A stretch of 64,000 nt of DNA from an uncultured Candidatus Woesearchaeota archaeon. Its GTDB lineage: Archaea; Nanobdellota; Nanobdellia; Woesearchaeales; UBA10107. Positions 40,087-49,655 of this stretch are shown here, one piece after another. The stretch spans positions 125,160 to 189,159 of the forward strand of contig CAWIGF010000001.1 of NCBI GenBank assembly GCA_963835585.1, in the 5' to 3' direction. The position numbers and the translations under genes were made by a program. The notes beneath the pieces were generated by a model, which was not told where the DNA came from, did not search any database, and saw nothing but the letters and a program-made list of their open reading frames with translations. Each line of letters begins with the position of its first letter. Positions within the stretch are counted from its first letter, which is position 1.

Positions 40087-40293
40087 CTAAGAAATATCGT
40101 TGACATCAGCAGAAATCTGCGAATCTACCGCGAACTGTCTATCTAGCTTGAATTCTATGAACTTTGCCGCAATTCCCAACACCACCATCGTCAATAATAC
40201 TAGTTCCATGAGCATAAATGAGCCGCTGGTTTTACCCAGCGGCCCAACCCCAACAAACAAAGGCTTGTGAAAACCCGGACTAGAGGTTTTCAC
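40087..40293 (-). CDS. Small protein with one hydrophobic helix (possible class III signal peptide / pilin-like)
   Basis: GKTSG followed by SFMLMELVLLTMVVLGIAA. The start codon is uncertain. Confidence 0.3.
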   Translation of the reverse strand: MKTSSPGFHKPLFVGVGPLGKTSGSFMLMELVLLTMVVLGIAAKFIEFKLDRQFAVDSQISADVNDIS

Positions 40294-40379
40294 AAATCAT
40301 ACGCCTTGTATGATCGCACAGCTACCGCTAATTGTATTTCAATACCCCCACTTGGATAGAATATCTATCCACCTCTCGC

Positions 40380-41561
40380 TTAGATTGTGTCTCTAAGCAA
40401 TTTTTCTGCTTTCTTGAACAATGCCTTGTCCAAGTTGAACGTGATTTTCCTTATTTTTTTGTTTGCCGACTGCAACCATCCAATTTCAGATTTTATGAGA
40501 CCAAGTTCGGTGAAATTTACGAAAAATGAACGAATCATTCTCTCTGTGAGCGGCTCTGTATTATACTGCTTGCATAATTCCTGATATTCCTTGTATACAT
40601 CCCCGCCGACCATAACTTTTTTCTGATTTTTCAGCATCGTCAAGTATAGTAATTTCTGATGTTTCGTCAACGAGGCAACTGTATTTAGTATTGAATTATT
40701 CTCAAGATTCGCATCTGCTTCTCCTACGACATCAAGCGTAATCTTTGAAGCGCCCTTTGCCATCGTGATTTTTGCACAAGAATCAAGCAATTCAAGAGCA
40801 CGTCGCGCATCTCCGCCACGATTCGCCTCAATTTCGGCAATCTTCTCTATTACAGTATCGCTGCAAACGCCAGGCTTTAGCGCAAGTTTTACTCTGTCCC
40901 TTAAAATATCTGCCAAATCATCAACTCCATAAGGAGTGAATATTATCTTTACTCTGCCGAACGCGGACTGTGTCCTTGGTTTTATGTACTCGGCGACACG
41001 CACATCATTTGAAATGATAATCGTTGAAACTTTTGACTTTAGATTTGATTCATTAATTCTACTCAGTCGATAGAGAATATCATCTCCTGATTCCTTCAAG
41101 ACATAATCAACCTCATCAAGAACAACCAAAATATTTGAATTTTTCTTTTCAAGCTCTTTTGTGAATTCTTCTATTGCTTTCGCGCGATTCCATCCAAGAC
41201 GAGGATACTCTTTATCTGGATTCATCTGGGCCAATAGATCAACAAGAATCGTAGTTTCGCTCCTATTTTCAGAACAATTGACATACAGTTTGTTGAATTC
41301 TATGCTGTTTTTCTTTGCTTCCTGGCCTAATTTCTCAGATAATTCAAATATCAAAGACGTCTTTCCTGTCCCAGGATTTCCATATACAAAGATGCAAGAA
41401 ATGGCTGAATTCATAAGGACAGGGGCAAGTTCCATGACAAGTTCATTTTTTTGCTCAGTCCTATGCAGTAGTCCAGTTGGCGGATTCAACGCATAAATCA
41501 AGTCCCTATTCTTGTAAATAGGATTTTTCAAGACACTTTCAAAGCTTATTTCTTCCGTCAT
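40380..41561 (-). CDS. cdc6: Orc1/Cdc6 replication initiator (copy 1)
   Basis: Walker A GNPGTGKTS, Walker B LVVLDEVD, and a C-terminal winged helix. Confidence 0.9.
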   Translation of the reverse strand: MTEEISFESVLKNPIYKNRDLIYALNPPTGLLHRTEQKNELVMELAPVLMNSAISCIFVYGNPGTGKTSLIFELSEKLGQEAKKNSIEFNKLYVNCSENRSETTILVDLLAQMNPDKEYPRLGWNRAKAIEEFTKELEKKNSNILVVLDEVDYVLKESGDDILYRLSRINESNLKSKVSTIIISNDVRVAEYIKPRTQSAFGRVKIIFTPYGVDDLADILRDRVKLALKPGVCSDTVIEKIAEIEANRGGDARRALELLDSCAKITMAKGASKITLDVVGEADANLENNSILNTVASLTKHQKLLYLTMLKNQKKVMVGGDVYKEYQELCKQYNTEPLTERMIRSFFVNFTELGLIKSEIGWLQSANKKIRKITFNLDKALFKKAEKLLRDTI

Positions 41562-41749
41562 AATAAATCCCCAATGATAAGCAAATGCTTATTGAGATAC
41601 CTATTGTTCTCTTATTTATATATCTTCCGTTTTTTCCAATTATGACATTACTTCCGATTCTTCTTTTACTGATATAATGACCAATCAAGACGTGCGAACC
41701 GATTGTATCAAAAGAGAAGATATAAAAATAAGCTCTAATATGATACCGC

Positions 41750-42313
41750 ATGAGTTTATACGATATCCTGGTTAGCAGGCCTTGCATATGGATTCTAAAG
41801 GAGCTTTATGAAGCGGAAGTCGTCAACAAGAAGATCTACACAGTACGTGTATCTGACCTTAAAAAATACATAAATGTGTCAAATCCAGAGCTTTACGTGT
41901 CCATATTGCATGAAAACGGCCTGCTGCACGTTGACGACACCAACAAGGACAAAATAATCTCGCTCAATCAGAAGGGAAAAGAGTTTTTCAGGCTGTTTGA
42001 CAAGCTCAAGATTCACACAGAAAGCCAAGTGAAGATCATAGATGATCAGCCAATCGCACGGATTGATTATGATCTAAATGAGGATGAGAAAAAGGCATTG
42101 TTCACCGTCCATAAAATAACGCAGCTCATTGGTGATGAATTGCCGATAAAATCACTTATTATCGACGACAAGAAACAGGAAGCAGCATATGAAAAATTGG
42201 AGAAACTGAACCTCATAACAAAAATGAAGAACACGAAAGGCAAGACAACCGTCAGCTTGACGTCTGCTGGGCAGAAAGTAATACAACACGAACTAAGCGA
42301 AAAATTAAAGTAA
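41750..42313 (+). CDS. Hypothetical protein with winged-helix-like segments
   Basis: 187-aa ORF divergent from cdc6-1. The HTH-like stretches are only weakly recognisable. Confidence 0.45.
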   Translation: MSLYDILVSRPCIWILKELYEAEVVNKKIYTVRVSDLKKYINVSNPELYVSILHENGLLHVDDTNKDKIISLNQKGKEFFRLFDKLKIHTESQVKIIDDQPIARIDYDLNEDEKKALFTVHKITQLIGDELPIKSLIIDDKKQEAAYEKLEKLNLITKMKNTKGKTTVSLTSAGQKVIQHELSEKLK

Positions 42314-42345
42314 ACTTTTAAATACGAATAAAATTCTGGTGAATC

Positions 42346-42588
42346 ATGGAAAAGGTAAAAATAAAAGGGAAGTACCTTCACTTCAAGGGAAAATACTACC
42401 GCGTGCATGCAATTGTCCGAGACAGCGAAAATCCACAGAGACAGTTAGTCATATACGAGGCGCTTTTTGAGTCTCCTGAGTTCGGAAAGAATCAGCTTTG
42501 GTGCCGAGACATCGATAATTTCACAGGCAACAAGGAACTACCTGATGGAAAGATTATAAAGCGATTCACATACATTCCAGAAAAATAA
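42346..42588 (+). CDS. DUF1653-like small protein
   Basis: YLHFKGKYYRVHAIVRDSEN...LVIYEALF follows the DUF1653 pattern. Confidence 0.55.
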   Translation: MEKVKIKGKYLHFKGKYYRVHAIVRDSENPQRQLVIYEALFESPEFGKNQLWCRDIDNFTGNKELPDGKIIKRFTYIPEK

Positions 42589-43656
42589 TTATGAAAGCAT
42601 AATTTTCATAAGTTCTTCAATACTCAATCTCGTTTTTATTGCGTAAACATTGTAATGAACCCGTGTTGCCATTGCTTTCTCTTGAATCATCCCGAATTCA
42701 GGGACCTTTATCTTCAATAACCTAGCAAGATCATGCAAATCATAGCTTCCAACAATGTCTGATTCTTTATGCAATAAAGAAAGTAATTTTGTTGCTTCAT
42801 TCCATTCCTTGTTTTTTGGGATTTCTTTCAGCATTACATTAATCAAAGTAGCATCGTTTAAAGTACCGACAAACAACGGTCCGATTTTGACATAACCCTT
42901 TTTGTAATTCAAATCGCTAATATTATAACTAAGTGTTTTTTTATCGTAGTGGATGTATTTGTGCTGCTTGAGTAGCTTGTCAGCCTCCTTTTTGCTTTTG
43001 ATACATTTGAAGAAAATTCGCACATAATGCTCCCGCGCATAACTAACTATGGGGATTAGCGCCTTGTTGTACTGTGAACCAATCATCTGTACTTTACGTG
43101 CAAGAATCCGCAGCGCCGATTCATGCATAAATCCGTTCCTGAAATTATATGACCAATAATTCCGCAATTCGGCATCAGGATATGTTCCGCACAAAACAGC
43201 AGTATCGGTTGCGGTAACTCCAATAATCCCATCGCGAGCAATTCGCTTTATTGACGCATCAAGAAAATCATTTGGGGTCCCGAAAGGGTCGACATCAATA
43301 TAATCAAACCCTGAACTTTTGAGTAAGAACTCATTAGCATCTATTGAATAAAATTCTGCTTTTGCCTTGTTTAATTTGAAATTTTTCTTTATATTATCGA
43401 TCGAAGCATGATCATTGACGCACAACCTGCTTACTTTTCCCTTCTTCAACTCCTTTGCAATCCGGATTGAACGGATTCCCGTTCCTGCCATTATTTCTGC
43501 AACCTGCATGTTATTTTTTTTAATTGCATTAAGCAAAAGAATCGTAATATCCCTGTTCAGTTTCATGACTGGATTATAGAAAACTTCCAGCTTCTTGGAT
43601 ATTTTTTTATCTTCGGGAATTTCTATAATGGCCTTTCCTTCCTGGATTCGATTCAT
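42589..43656 (-). CDS. trm1: tRNA (guanine26-N2)-dimethyltransferase Trm1
   Basis: IQEGKAII...VFYNPVMKLNRD N-terminus and a SAM-binding core. Confidence 0.85.
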   Translation of the reverse strand: MNRIQEGKAIIEIPEDKKISKKLEVFYNPVMKLNRDITILLLNAIKKNNMQVAEIMAGTGIRSIRIAKELKKGKVSRLCVNDHASIDNIKKNFKLNKAKAEFYSIDANEFLLKSSGFDYIDVDPFGTPNDFLDASIKRIARDGIIGVTATDTAVLCGTYPDAELRNYWSYNFRNGFMHESALRILARKVQMIGSQYNKALIPIVSYAREHYVRIFFKCIKSKKEADKLLKQHKYIHYDKKTLSYNISDLNYKKGYVKIGPLFVGTLNDATLINVMLKEIPKNKEWNEATKLLSLLHKESDIVGSYDLHDLARLLKIKVPEFGMIQEKAMATRVHYNVYAIKTRLSIEELMKIMLS

Positions 43657-43734
43657 ATGCCAAGAAACGAAAAAGAACTATTTAAGGGCTTCTAAATCCA
43701 TAAAAATATAAATCAAAACATCAAAGAAACCGGC

Positions 43735-44094
43735 ATGGTGTTAGAATATATTAGTTTGGCAAATTTATTCCTAAATGATTTCTTCGCTGGCCACATATTA
43801 TTCATTTCATATCTTATTGCCGCCATATTCATCGTCATATTTCAGCCCACAATAGATTATCGCATAATCTCTCCAATCATGGATTACATTGAAAGGATAT
43901 TTTTCAGCAATATCCCTCTTTTGCCGAACGTACTGTCAACGATATTCTTTATCGCATGGACCGGAATTTCCATTTACGTCTATGAATGGATTGCAAATTT
44001 CTTCTTGACAAAATACAAAGATCATCTCACCATATTGATTCCCATTGTATTTGTCATAGTTGCCGTTACAATAAACATCAGATACCGGGACTAG
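43735..44094 (+). CDS. Small membrane protein
   Basis: Four hydrophobic helices. No motif recognised. Confidence 0.45.
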   Translation: MVLEYISLANLFLNDFFAGHILFISYLIAAIFIVIFQPTIDYRIISPIMDYIERIFFSNIPLLPNVLSTIFFIAWTGISIYVYEWIANFFLTKYKDHLTILIPIVFVIVAVTINIRYRD

Positions 44095-44129
44095 GAACTT
44101 TTAAAAACAACCTTCTTTCTTACTAATCC

Positions 44130-45884
44130 ATGGCAATAAGAAGCCCTGTTTGTACGGTTGTCGGCCATGTCGACCACGGAAAGTCATCAATCTTGGATTG
44201 GATTAGAGGCAGCAAGATCGTCGAGACCGAACCTGGCGCAATAACGCAGTCAATAGGAGCTTCAAACGTACCTTTATCTGAAATCAAAAAGAAATGCGGC
44301 AATTTGCTTAATTCATTGAATATAAACTTCACAATCCCGGGCTTACTGTTTATTGACACACCCGGCCATGCAGCCTTCACAAACTTGAGGAAAAGGGGCG
44401 GCAATTTGGCGGATATTGCCATTCTTGTTGTCGATATCAATGAAGGATTCATGCCGCAAACGATTGAAGCGGTTGAAATTCTAAAAAGTTACAAAACACC
44501 TTTTGTCATTGCCGCAAACAAAATCGATTTAATCCCAGGCTGGCAAAGAAAAAGCGATTCATTACTAAAAGATATCGCTGCGCAGACAGACGATACCAAC
44601 AAAACATTTGACAAAAGGCTATATGAATTGATTGGTAGTCTTTATGATAAAGCCAAACTGGATGGAGAAAGGTTCGACAGGGTTTCTGACTATACAAAAC
44701 AAATTGCTGTCATTCCTTGCTCCGCAAGAACAGGAGAAGGGCTTCCCGAATTACTAATGACCATAATTGGCCTGGCCCAGAGATATTTAGAGAATTCTTT
44801 GCAAATAAATGAAGGAAATGCAAAAGCGATTGTCCTGGAAGTCAAAAATGTAAAAGGTCTTGGAAAGGCCCTCGATGTCATCCTTTATGACGGAACATTG
44901 AAGGTGAATGACCTACTCGTGATTGGAGGGTTGGAAAAGCCAATCATGACAAAAGTGAAAGCCATCTTCGTTGCGGCACAAATGGGCGAGTTGCGCGACA
45001 AAAAGACAAAATTCGAATCAGTAAAAGAAATAACAGCGGCGGCCGGAATAAGAATTGCAGCCAATGACATCGAAAATGTCGCCTCAGGAGTCCCTTTGCT
45101 AACTGCAACAAAAGAAGTTCTTGAACAGGCAAAGAAAGAAGTTCAGAAAGAGATTGAAGAAGTTACACTAAGTACAGAATCAGAAGGTGTCGTTATTAAA
45201 GCTGATTCGCTTGGAAGCTTGGAAGCATTGGAAGTTTTGCTTAAAGAAAGAAATATTCCTGTTGTCTCAGCTGATATCGGAAATGTAACAAAAAAAGATA
45301 TTGCAAACGCAGAAACACAATATGAAAAGAACCCTTACAATGGGATAATAATCGGGTTCAACGTCAATTGTGAACTGGAGACTGGAAAGATAAAAGTCCT
45401 CACCAACAATGTTATATACAGATTGCTAGAGGATTTCGATAATTGGAAAGCTGAACAAGAGAAGGCAATTGAATTGAACAAACTTGAAGGATTAATAAGA
45501 CCTTGCAAGATTCAATTGCTAAAGAATTACATATTTAGGCAAAGCAATCCTGCAGTCATTGGTGTTGAAGTAATTACGGGGAAATTAAAGGCAAAAATGC
45601 CACTGATGACGAAGGATGGAAAACAAGTTGCCTCTGTCAAGGCTTTGCAGGTCGAAAAAGAAAGCGTTCCTGAAGTTGAGGAAGGCAAACAGGCCGCACT
45701 TTCAATGGACAATGTCGTCATAGGAAGAACGCTCAACGGCGACGAGATTCTGTATTCAGCGATTCCCGCAGATGATTTCAAAATTATGAAGGAGTTCAAG
45801 AAAGCATTGACATCAAAAGAAATAGAAACGATAAAGGAAATAGCCGTGATTATGAGAAAGGAGAATCCGGTTTGGGGAATATGA
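44130..45884 (+). CDS. infB: Translation initiation factor aIF5B (IF-2 homologue), intein-free
   Basis: GHVDHGKSS, DTPGH and NKID GTPase motifs, followed by domains II-IV. Confidence 0.9.
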   Translation: MAIRSPVCTVVGHVDHGKSSILDWIRGSKIVETEPGAITQSIGASNVPLSEIKKKCGNLLNSLNINFTIPGLLFIDTPGHAAFTNLRKRGGNLADIAILVVDINEGFMPQTIEAVEILKSYKTPFVIAANKIDLIPGWQRKSDSLLKDIAAQTDDTNKTFDKRLYELIGSLYDKAKLDGERFDRVSDYTKQIAVIPCSARTGEGLPELLMTIIGLAQRYLENSLQINEGNAKAIVLEVKNVKGLGKALDVILYDGTLKVNDLLVIGGLEKPIMTKVKAIFVAAQMGELRDKKTKFESVKEITAAAGIRIAANDIENVASGVPLLTATKEVLEQAKKEVQKEIEEVTLSTESEGVVIKADSLGSLEALEVLLKERNIPVVSADIGNVTKKDIANAETQYEKNPYNGIIIGFNVNCELETGKIKVLTNNVIYRLLEDFDNWKAEQEKAIELNKLEGLIRPCKIQLLKNYIFRQSNPAVIGVEVITGKLKAKMPLMTKDGKQVASVKALQVEKESVPEVEEGKQAALSMDNVVIGRTLNGDEILYSAIPADDFKIMKEFKKALTSKEIETIKEIAVIMRKENPVWGI

Positions 45885-46420
45885 GGCACATCAATTTCTT
45901 GAATTCAAGGGAATACAAAACAATTGCGAAACAAATCAACGAGCAATGGGACGCTGATTTTTCCTTTGAGGATTTCGTTATCCAGACAAGCAAAGACAAA
46001 GTATACATCGTCTCAAGGGATTTAGAGAACATCGATTACAATAAACAGAATATCGAATCGCTCGGTATGTATTTTGCACACATATCTCCAGACAATGGAG
46101 AGATACGATTAAGCATCGAAGGTTCGCAGATCATCGGACCAAAGGCGAGGAAGAATGTCATAGACATAGGAAAAATGTCAAAATTATGGATGGCAGGTCA
46201 GGATATTCCTATTAAAACTGATTGTGAGGGTATGGTAATTATAAAATCAGAAGATGACTATCTAGGAACGGGAAAGGTGAAGATGAAAGAGGTTTCTGTC
46301 TTAGACGAAGAAGGAAATGAACACAAAGAATTACAGAAAGTCATCCTGAATTTCGTTCCCAAAATAAGAAGGCACGTGAAGGATCAGAAATCAACATTCC
46401 AAATATCATCGCCAACATAA
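45881..46420 (+). CDS. NIP7-like pre-PUA/PUA protein
   Basis: The layout is that of the UPF0113/NIP7 family (...LGMYFAHISPDNGEIRLSIEG..., DDYLGTGKV). The ATG at 45881 forms an ATGA overlap with the infB stop. Confidence 0.5.
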   Translation: MRHINFLNSREYKTIAKQINEQWDADFSFEDFVIQTSKDKVYIVSRDLENIDYNKQNIESLGMYFAHISPDNGEIRLSIEGSQIIGPKARKNVIDIGKMSKLWMAGQDIPIKTDCEGMVIIKSEDDYLGTGKVKMKEVSVLDEEGNEHKELQKVILNFVPKIRRHVKDQKSTFQISSPT

Positions 46421-46842
46421 TGAATATTCTTAAAGACCCTCCCTTTGGAATATGAATCAATTTCCTTTGCATCGAAGAGTGCCTGGCCTATTGCAATAGG
46501 TTTTTTATGGGTTGTATCGAGAATCAAAACGTAGTCATCTTTCACTATGTGTGCATCCATGAACACTATACCTGGTCTCATTAAATCAGCTCCTCCGATT
46601 ATGAACTTTATAGCACCCATATCAATCTCTACTTTTTTCAAGAAGGGGTTTTTAATCATTAATTTCAGTGTTGGAACCCATTGTTTTTCATGCATGAAAA
46701 AATACGGCTCATCATTTACAAGAAGATATTTATTATCGACATTCGAAATTAAATCCTTCTTGCCAAAGATATCAACACCGAATCTTTGCCTCAAGGAATT
46801 ATTCAAATCCCAAATCTCCGTTTTGCTGAGAGTCTTTCTCAT
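46384..46842 (-). CDS. PUA-domain RNA-binding protein (MCT-1/Tma20-like)
   Basis: GAIKFIIGGADLMRPGIV and KKPIAIGQAL PUA motifs. Confidence 0.65.
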   Translation of the reverse strand: MRKTLSKTEIWDLNNSLRQRFGVDIFGKKDLISNVDNKYLLVNDEPYFFMHEKQWVPTLKLMIKNPFLKKVEIDMGAIKFIIGGADLMRPGIVFMDAHIVKDDYVLILDTTHKKPIAIGQALFDAKEIDSYSKGRVFKNIHYVGDDIWNVDF

Positions 46843-47549
46843 AGTCTTTTCAACAACTGCCGTAGGTCAGTTATTGTGTAATCAACATACCTGAATTTCC
46901 TGTTCTTCAGCGTAACTGCCCAACGTCCGTGTTTCATCCACACTGTCGTCATGCCGAGCTTTTTCGCCAGTATGAGATCAGAACCAGGATTATCTCCCAC
47001 CATTATTGATTTTTTCAAATCTATTTTGTATTTTCGCTTTATGTAGTCGTAATACTTTTTGCTTGGCTTCGTTGTATTGAGGACATCTCCGAGAATAAAC
47101 CCATCAAAAAATCTTGTAAGGCCTGTTATTGCGATTCGCTTCATCTTTATCCTTGCATCCCCATCGGGATCCGAGAGAAGGAGTAGCTTGTATTTCTTTG
47201 CAAGAATTGCAAGAACTTTCTTCGCATAGGGCATCGGCCTCATATAATCATAGAAAACATTCCAATAGAATTTCACAATTTCTTGCTTCTGTTTTTTGGT
47301 CAGATGAAACGAGTGATTCACCGCTATGTAATCTATCCATCGATGCCTGTCAAATAAGGATACATCTTTAGTTTTACGTGCTATGGATAGAAGATCAATA
47401 TCCGCCTCCATGAAAAGCTTACCAAGATTCTTTATCCCATAAGTCTCTCCTTTTGCATCTAGTTTCTTTACCAAATGCGCATACACAAAAGCAGTATCGG
47501 CAAGGGTATCGTCAAAGTCAAAAACAACTGCAGAAACATTCTTATCCAT
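46839..47549 (-). CDS. HAD-superfamily hydrolase
   Basis: Motif I VVFDFDDTL and motif IV VGDNPGSD. Confidence 0.8.
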   Translation of the reverse strand: MDKNVSAVVFDFDDTLADTAFVYAHLVKKLDAKGETYGIKNLGKLFMEADIDLLSIARKTKDVSLFDRHRWIDYIAVNHSFHLTKKQKQEIVKFYWNVFYDYMRPMPYAKKVLAILAKKYKLLLLSDPDGDARIKMKRIAITGLTRFFDGFILGDVLNTTKPSKKYYDYIKRKYKIDLKKSIMVGDNPGSDLILAKKLGMTTVWMKHGRWAVTLKNRKFRYVDYTITDLRQLLKRL

Positions 47550-47600
47550 ATTTAAAAGGCAATCATAAACTATTATAAATCTTTCTCCTTTTGGTAAACT

Positions 47601-48527
47601 ATGGCAAAATTAGCGCATATTGTTGACGAAAAAGGATTAGTGCCTAAAGAGACCTGGCAGAGCGTCATCGATGAACTGCAGAAAAGAACAATTGGGGAAG
47701 GAGACAAGGAAAAATTAAAGCAGGCCATAATAGAATCTGTTAAAAAAAGGATTCCAAAAGAGCCGTTTGGGATATTCTTTTCAGGAGGGGTTGATTCTGC
47801 ACTAATAGCATTGATATGTAAGCAGCTTGGATTGAATTTCACGTGCTACACAGTTGGTTTCCAAAGCGAAACTGGGGAGGTTGCGCAAGACATATGGTAT
47901 GCAAGAAACATAGCAAAAGCTATCGATCTCAACTATGTTGAGAAGGTGTTCAACATCAGGGAAGCAAAAGATGTTGTAAAAGAGGCAATTCTCGCATTTC
48001 CCAAACCAGAAAAGTTTGATGTAGATTATTTTGTGACAATTGACGTAGCATCAGTCATTATTGCAGCAAAATCCATAGCCAAGGAAAAGATGTTTTTCTC
48101 CGGATTGGGAGCTGAAGAGATATTTGCAGGTTATGCACGCCATGCAAATACAAGGAATGTAAATGAGGAATGTTGGAGGGGACTAAAAGAGATGTGGTCA
48201 AGAGATTTATATCGGGACGTTACGCTCGGCAATGTGTTAGGCATTGATTTGCTCGTTCCATTTCTGGATGAAGACGTAATAATAGAGGCCATGAAGATAG
48301 ATGAAGACAGAAAAATCAATTCAGAACACAAAAAAATAATATTGCGGGAGATTGCCGAGGAACTGGGTTTGAACAAGGAATTCGCGTGGAGAAAGAAGCA
48401 AGGAGCTCAATACGGTTCCAAATTCGACAGAGCAATTGAAAAATTGACGAAGATGAATGGGTTCAAGTACAAGCAGGAATACATCGAAAGCTTGATGAAA
48501 GAGAAAAGTCCAAAGAAAAGAAATTAG
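47601..48527 (+). CDS. Asparagine synthase-like PP-loop ATP pyrophosphatase (no glutaminase domain)
   Basis: SGGVDS PP-loop and GLGAEEIFAGY, as in the AsnB C-terminal domain. Confidence 0.6.
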   Translation: MAKLAHIVDEKGLVPKETWQSVIDELQKRTIGEGDKEKLKQAIIESVKKRIPKEPFGIFFSGGVDSALIALICKQLGLNFTCYTVGFQSETGEVAQDIWYARNIAKAIDLNYVEKVFNIREAKDVVKEAILAFPKPEKFDVDYFVTIDVASVIIAAKSIAKEKMFFSGLGAEEIFAGYARHANTRNVNEECWRGLKEMWSRDLYRDVTLGNVLGIDLLVPFLDEDVIIEAMKIDEDRKINSEHKKIILREIAEELGLNKEFAWRKKQGAQYGSKFDRAIEKLTKMNGFKYKQEYIESLMKEKSPKKRN

Positions 48528-48772
48528 TCGCTATCAACTGTTTCCAAAGCTGAGACAATTCCCAACAACTGAGTTCTTGTGTATGAATCAATCTCTGAGT
48601 TCGAGGCCAATTCATCTATAGCATGTGATGCCTTATTTACTTTCAGAGAAAGCCCCTCATCTGCCTTCAGAATAGAAATAATGTTCATGATTTTTACCTT
48701 CAGATTCTTAGTCGTGTTAGAATCCTCGCATAATTCGCTCAAAAGGTCTATAATCTCGCTCAAACTTGACAT
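48524..48772 (-). CDS. UPF0147-family small helical protein
   Basis: 82 aa. The helical pattern ...LSELCEDSNTTKNLK...IDELASNSEID.YTRTQL..I.S.LE resembles archaeal UPF0147. Confidence 0.55.
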   Translation of the reverse strand: MSSLSEIIDLLSELCEDSNTTKNLKVKIMNIISILKADEGLSLKVNKASHAIDELASNSEIDSYTRTQLLGIVSALETVDSD

Positions 48773-48778
48773 TAAGAA

Positions 48779-49090
48779 TCACTCCTTGCTTTCTTTTATC
48801 TTCTTCTGTATTCTCTCGGCTTCTTCCTTGAATTTCTTTTCCTGCTTTTCAAGGACAGCAAGCCTTGCTGTGAACAACTCTTTTTTAGCTCCCAAATCTT
48901 TATTCAAATCCTCTTTCTTTGACGAGATCATGATATTACCGACAATTTTGTAAGCAACGTTTGTTTTTGATAGTTCAGTAAGAGCGCTTTCAATTTCAAC
49001 CAGCTGCGATTGAAATTGCTGCTTCTGCATGAAGACGGATTGAAGTGATTGTTCAAGAAATTGTAGCTGCTGTATGTCTTCTTTGTTCAT
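48779..49090 (-). CDS. pfdB: Prefoldin beta subunit
   Basis: Two coiled-coil arms flank the YKIVGNIMI hairpin region. Confidence 0.8.
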   Translation of the reverse strand: MNKEDIQQLQFLEQSLQSVFMQKQQFQSQLVEIESALTELSKTNVAYKIVGNIMISSKKEDLNKDLGAKKELFTARLAVLEKQEKKFKEEAERIQKKIKESKE

Positions 49091-49224
49091 CGTGCCTTGA
49101 CTTTGCTAGGTACGCTTCTCTGCTTGAAAAGCATCTTGCCACCACAATATGGACATCGCACCATTCTTCTAAGAGTAGTCGAATCGATAACTTTGCTGCA
49201 GTCAAAACATTTGTATTGTACCAT
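49087..49224 (-). CDS. rpoP: RNA polymerase subunit P (Rpo12); 45 aa, below the ORF-track cutoff
   Basis: My translation is MVQYKCFDCSKVIDSTTLRRMVRCPYCGGKMLFKQRSVPSKVKAR, with a CxxC...CxxC ribbon and a K.R tail. ATGA overlap with pfdB. The start lies 1 nt after the L37ae stop. Confidence 0.75.
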   Translation of the reverse strand: MVQYKCFDCSKVIDSTTLRRMVRCPYCGGKMLFKQRSVPSKVKAR

Positions 49225-49225
49225 T

Positions 49226-49474
49226 TTATTGCGATGCCTCTGAATTTGACTCGTGCTTTATTGAGTATGCTGCTCCAGCAAACTTTGCGTTGCAGTTTTT
49301 GCAGTTCCATATTCCCATAGCAACACGTTTGACCCTGTTCTTGCCGCAGTATGGGCATTTTTGTCTAGAATGAATATCCTTTTCGAGCTTGCTTATCTTG
49401 TCTCGTGTCGTTCTACCGTATCGAGCTCCGTATCGTTTCGCTGTCCCGTTTTTCTTTGTGATAATTTCTTCCAT
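49226..49474 (-). CDS. rpl37ae: 50S ribosomal protein L37ae (eL43)
   Basis: GARYG, CPYCG...W.C.NC zinc ribbon. Confidence 0.9.
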   Translation of the reverse strand: MEEIITKKNGTAKRYGARYGRTTRDKISKLEKDIHSRQKCPYCGKNRVKRVAMGIWNCKNCNAKFAGAAYSIKHESNSEASQ

Positions 49475-49490
49475 TTTAATCAGTTTGAAA

Positions 49491-49561
49491 TGGGGCTGCC
49501 CGGATTCGAACCGGGGTCACAAGGTCCCAAACCTCGAAGGATAACCAAGCTACCCCACAGC
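49491..49561 (-). tRNA. tRNA-Pro (anticodon UGG), contiguous body from position 4 to 73; 5' GGG not adjacent
   Basis: The minus strand reads GCUG-UG-GGGU-AGCUUGGUU-AUCC-UU-CGAGG-UUUGGGA-CCUUG-UGAC-CCCGG-UUCGAAU-CCGGG-CAGCCCC-A. The D, anticodon and T arms are canonical. No encoded CCA. Confidence 0.7.
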
Positions 49562-49628
49562 TTTACGCCGCCCTCAGTGGTCCTCAGGCGGTCCCGTACT
49601 GGAAGGGCAGCTATACAGCCTTAAGTCT
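49562..49628 (-). other. Putative non-canonical tRNA intron / GC-rich structured insert upstream of tRNA-Pro body
   Basis: GC-rich 67 nt between a GGG at 49629-49631 and the tRNA body. Contains the hairpin CCGCC-N14-GGCGG (49568-49591). The boundaries are hypothetical. Confidence 0.3.
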
Positions 49629-49655
49629 CCCTGCCGTTTTGAAGGAAACTACTTG

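Noticed and set aside
44130-45884. Looked for inteins in aIF5B, both Orc1/Cdc6 copies and the visible part of RtcB, which are common intein hosts
   Set aside because: Their lengths and motif spacings are canonical. There are no Cys/Ser...HN-bounded insertions and no LAGLIDADG or HNH blocks.
49053-49358. 101-aa minus-strand ORF spanning the rpoP/L37ae region
   Set aside because: It is an out-of-frame shadow overlapping two well-supported small genes, RpoP and L37ae. It has no motif.
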